Of a stretch of DNA of 64,000 nucleotides, positions 1 to 24,980 are shown one piece after another (position 1 is the stretch's first letter; the number at the start of each line of letters is the position of its first letter). The translations under genes were made by a program, and so were the position numbers. Source of the DNA: Anaeromyces robustus (lineage: Eukaryota); contig MCFG01000009.1 of the NCBI GenBank assembly GCA_002104895.1, positions 124,001 through 188,000 on the forward strand, given 5' to 3'. The notes under the pieces were generated by a model that did no database searches, was not told the origin of the DNA, and saw only the letters and a list, made by a program, of their open reading frames with translations.

Positions 1-94
1 ATACATTTAAATAATACGTTATTTTAATGCGCGATACATTTACGAAATACATTGCCGAAATGCACACTTCCCATCCTTTTATATTATAAAGGTC

Positions 95-181
95 AATTAT
101 AAAATATTAAATAATTGCAAAAATTAACATATTTTTGTTAAATATGTTAATTTTTGCAATTATTTATAATATTTTATAATT
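95..181. repeat. Inverted repeat, ~40-bp arms, 5-nt loop
   Basis: 95-134 aattataaaatattaaataattgcaaaaattaacatattt is the reverse complement of 140-181 apart from a small indel; loop ttgtt. Confidence 0.9.
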
Positions 182-1546
182 ATATTTTTATTGAAAATAT
201 TGAAAAAAAAAATATAAATCATATTACATGATTTACATCTAACGTAAACAATTTCAACTATTGATATAAATTTATTCATAATAAATTTTTATAATAAAAT
301 TTCAATTCGTTTATATATTTTAATATTGAATTATACTCTAATATATAGCATATTTACACATTTCCTGTATTAGTAATATTAAATCTTTATACATATTAAA
401 TATATTTAATAAACTTTTATATATAAATCTTGTACTTAATAGAATACACAAATATATAACGGCTAATTAAAATTATATATAAATAATATATTATATATAT
501 TATTCTATATATTTTAATTAATTTATATCAAAAGTATAATATATATAATACAAAATTTATTTTATTATATATAACTTAATATATTATTCTATTATTCAAT
601 ATAGTTTAAATATTTTTCAAAAATTTTTTTAAGGATTAATATTTTTGATTCATATTAATATATATTTATATATATTCATATACATTCATATATATGTTAA
701 GTATTGTTTAAAATATTCTTTTTTATTTAATAAATTCTCATAATATATTATTTATTATATTTTTATTGTTCCTAATATTTATTATTATAATTTTTGTATT
801 ACAAAAGTTATAACTACGATATGTATAATTACTAAATATATAGTAACATATATAGTAAATATTGTTTTTTATAATAAATTTTTTTCTATTTTATTATTTT
901 ATTATTTTATATTTACCTTTCCTTTTACTTCCAATTTACATTTTTTTTTTTTTTTATTTTTATTATATTTATATTCATAATTATTTAAAACTCAATAATT
1001 TTAATATTTTATATAAATATATTATTATTGTTTTAAATATCATATATATCATAATATCAATATATTATAAGATTTTTTTTTCTTCATTTTTTTTTAATAA
1101 TTTAGATAATATATCTATAAAGAAAAAAAAGTTATTGATATTAACTATTTTTATATTTTTATCAATGATAAGATCATATATTTAATAATATTTAACGAAA
1201 TATCATAAGCATATTTTATTAAATTTTTAAAACTTTAAGGAAGCAAAGAGAAAAAAGAAATATATATTTATGGATATATAATTTTTTTTTTTTCAACCTG
1301 AAAGTATTTATCAAAGAAAACAATATTTTTTTTTATTTAAAAAAAATAAAAATAAAAATTAAGAATTTACATATTTTAGCAATATTTATATAATTTAAAT
1401 CAAATAATTTAACTTTTAAGTGATAAACAAGTAAGTTAAAAATAAATTATTAAGTAATATTTTTAATCTAATAAAGTCATCATTTTTTAAAATTTTATTT
1501 GTAATTCTTACAAATATAATTGTATTTTTATTTTACATCCAAAATT

Positions 1547-1645
1547 AAATATTAACTATTTTGTTATTTACAATATATTGTTACATTTTTAATATTTAAA
1601 TTTAAATGTAACAATATATTGTAAATAACAAAATAGTTAATATTT
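1547..1645. repeat. Perfect 42-bp inverted repeat, 15-nt loop, inside a putative 5'UTR intron (gtaagt 1431 ... tag 1837)
   Basis: 1547-1588 and 1604-1645 are exact reverse complements. Confidence 0.92.
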
Positions 1646-1838
1646 GTTTAAATATATATAAATTTCATTTTTTTTCTTTTTTATTTTTTTTTTTTTTCAA
1701 AACAATAAAATAAATATGAAACATTTTAATAAATCTTATCAAAGATTTATTAAAAGTTATATATAAATGTTCTAAATAATTCGAAATATTAATTTCCATA
1801 TTAATAAATAATTTTTTTAAATTATATATAATTATAGA

Positions 1839-4800
1839 ATGAATTTTGATTCATCTTTAACAGATTCGAAATCAACTAATACAAATTCAAATCTTGAAAA
1901 TATAAAACATTCGAAATCAACACCAAGTGATTTTTTATCCAAAACAAGTCCAGTTACTTCATCTTCAGAAAATGTTAAAAATATTGTAAATTTAAATGCC
2001 ACTGGTACTAATATTAATAATGTACCAGTATTAGATGCTTCACCATTAAATTTACCTACAAAAACACCAACTCCTGATGATATTTTATTTAGATCTCATG
2101 CTATTTCACATTCTAATCATCGACCACATCCACAGGCTCTTCGCGAACTTTCAGCAATTGTCAATGGTATGGGAATGAACAATGGATTAAATGTAAATAA
2201 TGGAATAAATGGTGGTATAGGAATAGGAAATTCTATGGTTGGTAATATTAATCCTTTAGATAAAAAGTTTATAAAAGAAAAAACTTCTGAAGAATACAAT
2301 TTATTTAATAATAGAAATTTTTCAAATTCAAATTTACCTCTTAATAACAATAACAACTGGCCACCATTACAATGGAATAATTATAATAATCAAGGTTCAG
2401 TTTCAATGAATTCAACTTCATTTAGTATTATTAATCAAAATATTAATCCAAATCCAAATAACAATAATTTAGTAAATAATACAAATACGGGAATTAAACC
2501 AGATAGTAATAATGATAATATAAGTTCTACTAAAAATAATACTAATAATGAAGAAAAAGAAACTAATGGTTCAGATTCTGTAGCAACTTCTACTATTACC
2601 ACTACACTTACCACTACTTCTATAACTACAACAACAGTAGGACCAACAAATAATATTTCTGCTTCTTCTACATTAACAACTACTTCTACTTCATTGACTA
2701 CTTCACCAGCAGGATTAAATAATAATACTACATCAACTAATACTGCTACAAATCTTCATATTCCATCATTATTTAACACAAACTCAAAATCATTTTCTCC
2801 GTTGGTTAATGAAAAAAATAATACTAAAGTTGAGACACCTGTTTTGATGCATTCCGATTCTAATATTACACTAATTAATAGTAGTAATAGCTTAAATGGA
2901 AATGTAACTATGTCAAATAATATTACCATTAATAATCAAACACCGTTAATTAATCAGTTCTCGAAATTGTCTTTAGAAACTTCAACATTAAATAAACCTT
3001 CTACTTCACCAAATATTTATAATAATATATTCTTTAATAATGATTCAGATCAAAATAATATGTTCCATGGATCACCAGTTAATAATAACAGCTCATCACA
3101 AATATTAAGACATAACTCCTTGCCTGTATCAAGTAATACATCATTATTAATTAGCACTGAAAGAGAAAGTGATATTTCTCATTTGAAAAATGATATTGAT
3201 TTATTAATTCGTTCGTCACAATTAAAATTTGAAGATTTAATTAAATATAAAGGTATGTTAAAAATATTAAAAATAGAATTTTAAAGATTTATTTATTTTT
3301 TAATTAGTAACAACTAAATTTATTAACACTTTTTTTTTTTTTTTTTTTTTTGATTAATTCAAATAAAAAATTTTTATATTTTTTATTATTATTATTAGAC
3401 AAATTAAGCAATCCAAATTTACCAACAGATGCTTTAAATCATATAAAGAAAGAATTATTTATTCAAGGATGGTATCAACATGCATATTACAGTATAAGAA
3501 AAATAAAAGATAGACTTCAAGATATTTTCAAATTGAATCCAAGTGTATGGATGGTAGATATAGATATTTATATTACAGGTGATATTGATATTACCTTATA
3601 TTATTTCAAACTTCATATTCATACATGTTATGATTTAAAAAATTGTATTGTTACAGAATGGCATGGCAACCGTTACACTGAAATTTCAAATTGGTGGGCC
3701 AGTGCTAGTTTATTATTTAACCAAATATTATTATTATTTAAATTAAGTGAAACTACAATGATTAAGCCACTTGTAAGTAAAGTACATTTAGAAGATAAGT
3801 CTTCTATGATTGAAGATGAAATTAGAAGTTCAAAATCAGTTGATGAAAATCTGTTAAGTTTCTCAAAGAAAATTCAAGCTATTGGAAGAAAAGGTAGTGT
3901 AGTTAATCATGGATTAAATCCTTTATCATCAAATTTATCCAATTTAAATTCAAGTAGTAATATTACTAGTCCTTTAGCTACATCTTCAACCGTAATTGAT
4001 TCAGAAGAGGTTGAAAATTTCAATGATGAATTAGTTTTAAGTGAAAGCGTTCTACCAGTTGGATTGACAACATCTTCTAATTCTTCAATTATTTCAACTG
4101 TTCCAAATACTACGCCACCAACATTATCTTTTGCAGCTAATGGAAGTGTTAAATTCCCATATCCGGGAACTAACATTTATATTCGTGGTTTACCAATAAA
4201 TACTACTGATGAAAGTTTATACAATTTATGTATAAGGTAAAATATATGTTTAAAAATTATATATATGTAATGTTTAAATATTTATTTTTATAAGATTTAT
4301 TTTAAAAATTAAAAAATATAACCAATTTAGACGTCATAATTACTTATTTATTTATTTTTCAATTTTATATTAGATGGGGTAAGATTATTTCATCTAAAGC
4401 AATCGTAGATATGAGAACTAATGAATGTAAAGGTTTTGGTTTTGTCATGTATGAAACTGAAGATGAAGCTCATACTGCTTTAAGTGAATTAAATAATTTA
4501 GGTTATCATGTTTCATTCGCAAAATCTTTAACCCATGCTTCACAAGAATCTTACAGTAGTAAATTAAAGAATTTAGAAGATTTAACTTCCATGAATATTT
4601 ATATTTCTAATTTACCATTAGACTATGATAATGATAAATTACTTGAATTATTTAGTGATTTTAAGGTTCTTTCTCACAGAATTTTAAAGAATGCCGATGG
4701 AACAAGTCGTGGTGTCGGTTTTGCAAGATTCGGATCTAGGGAAATTGCTCAACATGTTATTGATTTATTTAATAATGTAACTTTAAAGGGTGCCAAGTAT

Positions 4801-5013
4801 CCATTACAAGTTAGATTTGCTGATAGTATTGCTCAAAAGAAATTAAAAAATCAAGTTGCCACTAGTCGTAAAAGAAAAGATTCAATTAGAGAACAACATT
4901 CACCATCATTCAATAATAATTATAAAAAATTGGACGATTTTGATGCCACTTCCACTACAAAGAGTGAATCTGAATTTGAATTTGATAGAACTCAAAATTC
5001 TCAAACTTTTTAA
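1839..5013 (+). CDS. RBMS/MSSP/Shep (Spo5-like) RNA-binding protein, long N/S/T-rich N-terminus plus two C-terminal RRMs, ~963 aa
   Basis: Exons 1839-3252, 3399-4236, 4374-5013 join in frame via GT-AG. RRM1 TNIYIRGLP...KGFGFVMY and RRM2 NIYISNLP...GTSRGVGFARF match RBMS-family RNP motifs. Confidence 0.88.
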
Positions 5014-5219
5014 AAATTATGAAATGAAAATGTGTAAAAAGAATACGTAGAAATTATATTATTATAATAAATTTAATATAAAAAGTTTAGTATTTATTTT
5101 TAAGAAATAGTATAAGTGAAAAAGAAAAAAAAAAAAAAAAAGTTATTTTAAATTAATAATATTTATATCAATAATTTCAATAAGAAAGTCAAAATAATTA
5201 AAAAATATTATTCATTATT

Positions 5220-5253
<34 letters not shown>

Positions 5254-7498
5254 AAAAGATAATTGATGTTATTTATATATAATATCAAAATTAATATATT
5301 TATTAATTAATATTATTCAATTCTTAAAATATTTAATATTTACAATAAATTATGAAAGTATCTTTAGAAAAATAAATTAAAAAATAAAGCTAAAATAAAA
5401 GTTAATAAGTAATAGGTAAAAATATAAAAGAATTGAAATAAATAGCAAATCAAAAAGGGATATTATATATAAATACAAAACATATATATTTAGTAAATAT
5501 TAACATTTATATAAATTGAATTATAAAATTCATGATATATTTACAATATTAAAAGTATATTTAATAAGACAATGGTAGTAAAAATATTTAATTAATTCAT
5601 TTTTTTATATGTATGGAAAAATTATATAATACAACGTAATTTATTAAGAAAAGAATTTTTTACATTAAAAAAAAACAAAAAATTAAAATTATCATATTTA
5701 TCAAATTATAACTATTTATTTTATGACATGCAAAACTATGACAAAACAATAAACAGAAATTTTTTTTTTCAATCTTATTAGTATATGAAATAACTATATA
5801 ATAATACATTTACTAATTGTATACTTTTTTTGAAATATTATAATCATTCTATTATTTACAATCATTTGAAATATAAATAAAAAATCAGTAAAATTCATCA
5901 AAATTGCATATCATATCATTGATATATATATAAATAAACAACACATAAATACACGAATATATATAAAAAAAATGAAATACATATAAAAAAAAATAATAAT
6001 AATACATATAATAAAATCATATATAAAAAGCATATATACTCAGATAATAAGAAAAAATAATACAAAATAAAATCAACTCAATAAAAATAAGAATAACATG
6101 AAGGAATAATAATAATGATAATGATAAATTAAACAGAATGAGATAAAAGCGTAATTTTTTTTAAATTATACTATCTTTTTTATTTCAATTTGTTTATTTA
6201 TTATTATATATACAAATTTTTTAAATATCTCTATTTTTTTTTTTTTTATATTATTTTTTCATTAATCATAAATATAATGAACATCATATAATACATAAAT
6301 AATACTTATTTAATTAAGACGATTATTTTTGTCTTAATTATATGTTTCATAAATATTATTGGTAGTTTTTTTTATAATAAAGAAAAAAATTAAAATAAAA
6401 TTAAACAGTAATTATAATAAAAACAAATAAGTTTAAAAAATTTTTCATTTTAAATTATAAACAGTAATAAATTGTTTTTTTTTTTATAATTTCGATATTT
6501 CCATCAATTAACATCATCAACATATAATTAATAAACCATTTGGTAACAACATAGTAATTATAATAATACAATAAAATAAAAAAATAAAAAATTAAAAATT
6601 TACAAAACAAACAATAATAATAAATAAATAAATAAATAAATATAATAAAAAAAAACAATAAAAATGTAATAAAACAATCAAATAAAACAAAACAAAGCAT
6701 AATAATAGTAAATCAAATCAAATCAAATCAAATAAAATAAAATAACAAATAAATAAAATAAAATAACAAAAAAAAAAAAAAATAAAATAAAATAAAATAA
6801 AAAAATAAAAAATAAAAAATAAAAAATAAAAAATAAAAAATAAAATAAAACAAATAAAAATAAAATAATAAATAAATAAATTAAATAAATAATAAAAGGA
6901 AAAATAATTAGTAATAGCTATAGCTTATTAGTGCAAAGGCAAAATATTTACTTAAATAAAAATTAAGATAAATTATTATAGATATTATAATTATTATTTT
7001 TCTTAAACTTAAATTCTTATCAATTATTCTGTCATAGACTATAAATATTTTTTTTAAATAATAACTTTTTTTTTTTTTAAATAAAATAAACTATATAAAT
7101 TTTTTGAAATTAATTAAAAAGTGTGTTTTTTTTTTTTTCATTTTTTTATTCTTTATTTTTATTATATTTTTATTTTTTTTTTTTTCAATAGTTTTACAAT
7201 CTGAATTTTTGTGTTACCCAATATATTTTATTATAAAATAATAAATATTGACTTATATATATTAATATGAATATATGTCACGTGAAAGATATAAATATGG
7301 TGGCGAAAAATAATATAACATAATTTATAAAGTATAAAAAATAAACTATTATTAAAAAAAATACAGAATTCAATTAACTGTGAAATATTTCAAATTTTTT
7401 TTTTTTTAGTTTTATTTATATACTTGAAAATATTTTAAAAAAAAAAAAATAATAATATTATTAATAAAACAGTAATATTAATTATAATATTAATAATA

Positions 7499-7537
<39 letters not shown>

Positions 7538-8109
7538 GCACACAATTTGTACGTCAACTTTATTGAATTTAAATATTAAAATACATGAATCATAAAAAAA
7601 ACACATAATGAAAAAAAATGATACTAAAAAAAATAAAAACCAGTAAAATATTATAGATAATAATAGATAATACTTTAATAATAAAAAGAAAAAGAAACAA
7701 TATTAGTTTATAAAATTTAAAAAAATATAATAATTATTTTCATTTTCATTATTTATATAAGAATAAATATTTATTATATTTATTATAATATTTTAATAAA
7801 TATAATAAATATTATTCTTATATAATTTATTACAATATTAATTAATTAATAATATTATTATTTACTTTTTTTATTTATTTGTTGGTTGGTTGGTTTATTA
7901 TTGTTTTTCGTTTTTAGTTAGTTTTATCTTTTAAAATTTCTAATTTTATTTAATTTCTTATTTAAACTATTAAATAAATTCTAAATTATTTTATTGTTTT
8001 ATTTTTAAAGATTTTAATAGATATTTAAAATGGTAAAATTATATTTATTATTTTTTTAATAGAGATTATTATTATGTATGCATATTTTGTTTGTTTTACT
8101 GAAGTCTTA

Positions 8110-8187
<78 letters not shown>

Positions 8188-8217
8188 ATTATACAAAAAA
8201 TCTATTTTTTATTCAAA

Positions 8218-8626
8218 TTATGAACGACCACGATAACCTCTACGAGTAAGCTGGTCATCAGGTATACGTCTGAAGGTATATGGATATCTTGCCATAGTAC
8301 GAGTACCACGTTCTAATACCCATTCACCAATACCTAAATATGTCTCTAATACAGTTCTAATTGGTCCATTTTCAATTCTATCGGTAGCATATTCTTTAAA
8401 AATATTTTAAAACAACATATATTATTATTATTTATAATTGTTGAGAATTTTATAGAAGTAATATTGATTTTTTTTTTCTTTACGTTATAAAATTATTAAA
8501 TATTTTTTATAAGAAATTTTTAATATTTTAATATTTACCAAATCTACCAACACGACGCATACCAGCTAAAGCTGTAGATAATAGAACAGCATCAACAGCA
8601 GTACGAAAGCCTAGAGCTCTTGGCAT
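8218..8626 (-). CDS. ATG44: Mitofissin / Atg44 (DUF1748)-like microprotein, 87 aa
   Basis: Exons 8626-8539 and 8393-8218 (GT-AG, in frame): MPRALGFRTAVDAVLLSTALAGMRRVGRFEYATDRIENGPIRTVLETYLGIGEWVLERGTRTMARYPYTFRRIPDDQLTRRGYRGRS. D-A-V-L-x-S-T-x-L-A-G-x-R-R and YLG-x-GEW are the family motifs as I recall them. Not in the ORF track. Confidence 0.82.
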
Positions 8627-9669
8627 TTTATGTATTATTCTTTTTTTCAATAAATATAACTAAATATATAAAAATTATATTAATACAGCTGTATAAATTT
8701 AAATTTATTTATTTATTTATTTATTTATTAATTTATCTATTTTTTAATTTATTAATTTATTTATTTATGTATTTATTTATTTATTTAACAATTTATTCAT
8801 TTTTTATTTTAAAAATTAACTTTTTATGAATTACTTGGTCTAAATTATTTTTTATTACTAAAATTGTTGTTATAAAATTTATAACTATAAAATTATTATT
8901 ACTGGATATGATATAATATTAATTATTTTAATTAATTAATTAATTAATTAATTAATTAATTAATTAATTAATTAAATTAATAATTAGTTACTTTTTTATT
9001 ATTAATCCTTTTTATTATATTGTAATTATGTCTTTTAAACTTCAAATTATTATTAAGGCTATAATATTTTATTTTTTATTTATATATATTTATATACTAC
9101 TAAAAAATATTAATAATTAATTTACATATTTATTTGTTTTATTGTTTTTAGTATATATTATTATTATTATTATTATTATTTTGATAGTAATAATAAAGTT
9201 TTAAAATTTTATTCTTAAAATTTGAATAATATAAAAAAGTTCTCTGTATTGTTTCTATTGCTTATAACAAATATTTGACTATTTAAATTCTATTTAACAA
9301 TATAAATAAATTTTCCATTTTTACTAGGATTTTACCAAAAAATATTTTGTTCGTATAAATTAATAATAATATATTTCACTTTTTTTTTTTTTTAATTTAT
9401 TTTCTTTTATTTTATTTTACTTTATAATATTTTATTTTATTTTATTTTATTTCCTTTTTATTTTAAAGAAAAAAAAAATAAAACAAAACAAAATATAAAA
9501 ATATATTTTATTTATGATATTATATATATTCTTTAAATTTTTCAAAAAAATATAAGCGAATCAAAAAAGAAATTTTCAATTAAAATTTACTCGAAAAATA
9601 TATTGTAATATATTAGTTATTTAATTTATATTATATAACTAATATATTTGTTATTTTATAAATTTTTCT

Positions 9670-9701
<32 letters not shown>

Positions 9702-9828
9702 TAGAAATTCATTTAAAAAGAATTTTTTATTTTATTTTATACTAATATTGTTAATATTAAATACATTTCATTATTACTTTCTTCTTTAAACCCTAAAATT
9801 ACTAAATTTTATAATATAATAAAATAAC

Positions 9829-12064
<2,236 letters not shown>

Positions 12065-12209
12065 ACTTTTTTTTTTTTTTTATTTAAATTATTTATTAAT
12101 CCTTGTAATAAATTACAATCTTAGCACATATATTTATTTTAATATATTAAAATTTTAAGTATTTAATATTTAATAATAAAGTTATAAAGATAAAGAATGT
12201 AATAAATAA

Positions 12210-12259
<50 letters not shown>

Positions 12260-12460
12260 CCAAAATGAAAAAAAATAAAATAATTATAAGAATATAATTG
12301 TATAAATAATATATTAATAAAGACTTTATATGATAATTATTAATATATGATTGTAGATTTTTTATTAAATTTTAAAAACAAAATTAATTATATAACTGAG
12401 ATTAAGTTAAATAATAATACATATTATGATAATAATAATAATAAAAAAAAAAGATTAATA

Positions 12461-12552
12461 AATATTAAAATGGAATAATATTAAAATGGAATAATATTAA
12501 AATGGAATAATATTAAAAATGGAATAATATTAAAAATGGAATAATATTAAAT
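12461..12552. repeat. 16-17-bp tandem minisatellite (aatattaaaatggaat) x5
   Basis: Seen directly between the convergent 3' ends of RRP4 and ISWI. Confidence 0.9.
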
Positions 12553-12763
12553 ATATATTATTTGGTTATATAAAGTAATAGATCTTTGTTATAATCTTTT
12601 TTGAAAAAAAAAAAAAAATAATAATATTATTAATAAAGATAATAAAAAAAAATAATAATAAAAAAGAGAAAAATAAATAATAATGAATGGAAATAAATGG
12701 TAAACGAAATATTATTAAATGTTATTAAATGTTATTAAATATAATTAAATGTTATTAAATAAA

Positions 12764-19027
<6,264 letters not shown>

Positions 19028-19730
19028 TATAATTAATATGTATATTTAATAATGTTCTTCCTAAAAAAAAAAAAAAAAGCAATGAAAGATTTATTTAATT
19101 TAATATATAATTCAATTATAAAACTGTATTAAATTAAATATATGTACTTTATATTAAAAAAATATATATAAATAAAAATATAAAGCATATATAATTGGAT
19201 TTATCATTCTTTATTGAAATAAAAATAATATATTTTCAATTTTGATTCTTACCTTTTAATAAAAAATTATAACTTAATTTGAATAAAATTTTATTATTAA
19301 AATATTACCAATAAATGACAATTCAAATATTATTAAATTAATATATACATAAATTATAATTTTAAACTATAATTTTATTTTATAAACCTTAATTTTATCA
19401 AAATACTGTAAATAATTATTTTTTACTACTTTTATTTATATATATTATAAAAAGAATTAATATTTAATTAATAAAAATAAAACAGTAATTACCATATAAA
19501 TAAAAAAATAAAATTATAAATTAAAATATCAACAAGATAAATTTAAATGTTTGACAAGTTTATACTTTTTAAAAAAAAATTCATCAATATCTAATTATTA
19601 CAAATATTATCTAATAATAAAAGTATTGTACAATTTTTTTTCAAAAAAAAAAAATTATTTTGTGTAATAAACTTTTTTAATTAAATAATACCAAATAAAA
19701 TAGATTATTTAATATATTCTATTTTTATTA

Positions 19731-19984
<254 letters not shown>

Positions 19985-20265
19985 TATTACTTGTAAATTA
20001 AATTTTTAAAGTAATACCATCTTACATTAAATATTAAATATTTAATAAATACACGTTATTTATACTATAATCATTATATTTGATTTGATTTAAAGCAAAT
20101 ATTTATTTATTATCTTATTAAAAAAGATTAAACATTATTACATTTATGATTAAAAAATTTAATCATAACTAGATTTATATATTAAATATTTAAAAAAGTA
20201 TTAAGCAAAAATATCAATTTAAAAAAAATATAACAAAATATATATAACATAATAAATTAATATTT

Positions 20266-21046
20266 TTATTGTGAAAACATAGCAGCTCTTGCAGCCAATC
20301 TAGCTTTACTTTCTTGTTTTTCTTTTAATACTCTTTCTTGTTCTAATCTTTCTTTTTCTTGTTCATCTTTCTTCATTTGTTCAATCTTCTTCTTTTCTCT
20401 AATTCTACTTTGAATAGCTTCATAATTCTCATTTGTTTTATCTCTACTATTAAAAATAGCTTCTTCAAAGAACTTTGCTTTAGATGCGAGACCAGATTTA
20501 TAAATACGACTTAATACAGGTTGTTGAACAGCTGGACATCCTGGATCATTTTCTGGACCTTGAACTGGTGGTGGAATCAACATCTGTTTTTTTTATATTA
20601 TTACAAAAAAATTAATAAAAATAAATTATTAAATAATAATAAACAATAATATTAATAAACTATTAATAAGCTTATACGTACAACTAAAAATTCAGTGAAA
20701 CTAACTTTTCTGTTTTTTTTTTTTTTTTTTGTTATAGTAAATATTAATTGGATTGATTTATATATTTAATAAAAATTTTATTTAATTAGTCCTCTTACCC
20801 ATCATTATCCATATCAACTTCATTAATAATGTTAATAATTTCTTGATGAGTTTTTGGTTCACCTAAACTTTCCATCATAAATTTTACATCCATATTGTTT
20901 AAATAACCGTCTTCATCTTGATCATATTTTTTAAAATTCTCTTTGATTTGATCAATTTGTACTCTACTAAAGACATCCTTAAAACGAGCATTATCCCAAG
21001 TGATAATATCAGAATATGGTGAATCGAGAGTCAATTGTGATGGCAT
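20266..21046 (-). CDS. Swiprosin/EFHD (AIF1-related) two-EF-hand protein with C-terminal coiled coil
   Basis: EF1 DQDEDGYLNNMD, 'MMESLGEPKTHQE', EF2 DMDNDGKVSFTE (28-nt microexon 20709-20682), 'SKAKFFEE' motif and a charged helix ending AAMF. Confidence 0.78.
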
Positions 21047-21693
21047 TTTTTAAAAAATTTATTAATAATTTTTGTAATGCAAAAATTAAAAGTTTATATA
21101 AATATATAAATTAAAAAAAAAATATAATAAAATAAAATAAAAAAAAAGAAGAAAGAATATAACCAAAATACTTGTTTTTATATTTAATAACTTTAAAGTA
21201 AAATAAATAAATATAATAATAAAAATTAAATTTAAATTTATTTTGTTTTATTTATATAAATTTTATTTTTATATTTTTATTTATTTATTTATATTATATA
21301 TAAAAAGTTTAATATAAATTATTGTATAAAAATTGAATAATTAAATATAAAAATATATAAATTAAAATAAACTTTAAATTGATATTAATTTTAAAGTTTT
21401 AAATATATAATAGACAATATTGTATTCATTTTTAGTAAAAAATAAATCTAATAATATTTCATTTATTAATATATATTAATTATTTAACTGTTATTTTTTA
21501 TTTTATGTTGATATATAAAGGATATTATAATTATCAAAGAATTGGTTATTTATACATTAAAATTATAATTAAAAATACTCAAAAATTAAAATCCATATGA
21601 TATTGTTAATTTACTTTTGTTTTTTTGCTTGTTTTTTAATGATTAATGATTAATTCATAGTAATATGTCTACATTATATATATATATATATAA

Positions 21694-23670
<1,977 letters not shown>

Positions 23671-23995
23671 AATTTTTTCAATACCTATTTACTGAATGAA
23701 AAATTATCGATTCTTCAAAAATATATATAATTATTTAATAAAAGAAATAATTAATATATTATTAATAATTAAATGGATTATTCTTTATTATTATCATTTT
23801 TATTTATATAGCATATATAAAAATGTAATTATTTGGGAGTTAATAAGGGAGATATTCATATATTAAATAAATACTTTTATAGTATTTTTTAAAAAAATTT
23901 ATAATTCAAACTTTATTTATTATCTATTTATAGAAACATAAAAACAAAAGAAATCTTCATGGTCAAAAAATATTTTAAGTATTTCTTAAAATATA

Positions 23996-24343
23996 AAAAT
24001 AAAACAAAACAAAACAAAACAAAATAAAATAACATAAAATAAAATAAAACAAAACAAAATAAAATAACATAAAATAAAATAAAATAAAATAAAATAAAAT
24101 AAAATAAAATAAAATAAAATAAAATAAAATAAAATAAAATAAAATAAAATAAAATAAAATAAAATAAAATAAAATAAAATAAAATAAAATAAAATAAAAT
24201 AAAATAAAATGAAATAAAATAAAATAAAATAAAATAAAATAAAATAAAATAAAATAAAATAAAATAAAATAAAATAAAATGAAATAAAATAAAATAAAAT
24301 AAAATAAAATAAAATAAAATAAAATAAAATAAAATAAAATAAA
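23996..24343. repeat. (AAAAT/AAAAC)n pentanucleotide array
   Basis: Seen directly; explains the spurious FILFY ORF. Confidence 0.95.
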
Positions 24344-24483
24344 ACAACAAAATAAAAAGTATATAATAAAAAAAATAAAGAATATATAATTTAAAAATCA
24401 AATGCAACATATTCTTAAATTATTTAATAATAAATAATATTTATTATTATATATGTTATTATTGTTGTAGTTGATTATTGTTA

Positions 24484-24637
<154 letters not shown>

Positions 24638-24896
24638 TTTTATCTTATTTTATTTTTATTTTTTTATATTATTATTAATTACATTTAAACACTACTTGTA
24701 ATCTATATATATATGTTATAATATATGCTACTTATTTTTATATTAATAAATATTTAGCATACATTATTATATAAATTTTTACTATTATTATCTTCATTTT
24801 TTTATTTTTTTTTTTTAGCTTATTTATTGTATTGAATAAGTTCTAAAAATTATATATATATTTTATTATTATTACAATTTCGTTATTTTCTTATTC

Positions 24897-24980
<84 letters not shown>

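Noticed and set aside
862..1185. 107-aa F/I/Y-rich ORF
   Set aside because: Non-ATG start and compositional artefact of T-rich noncoding DNA.
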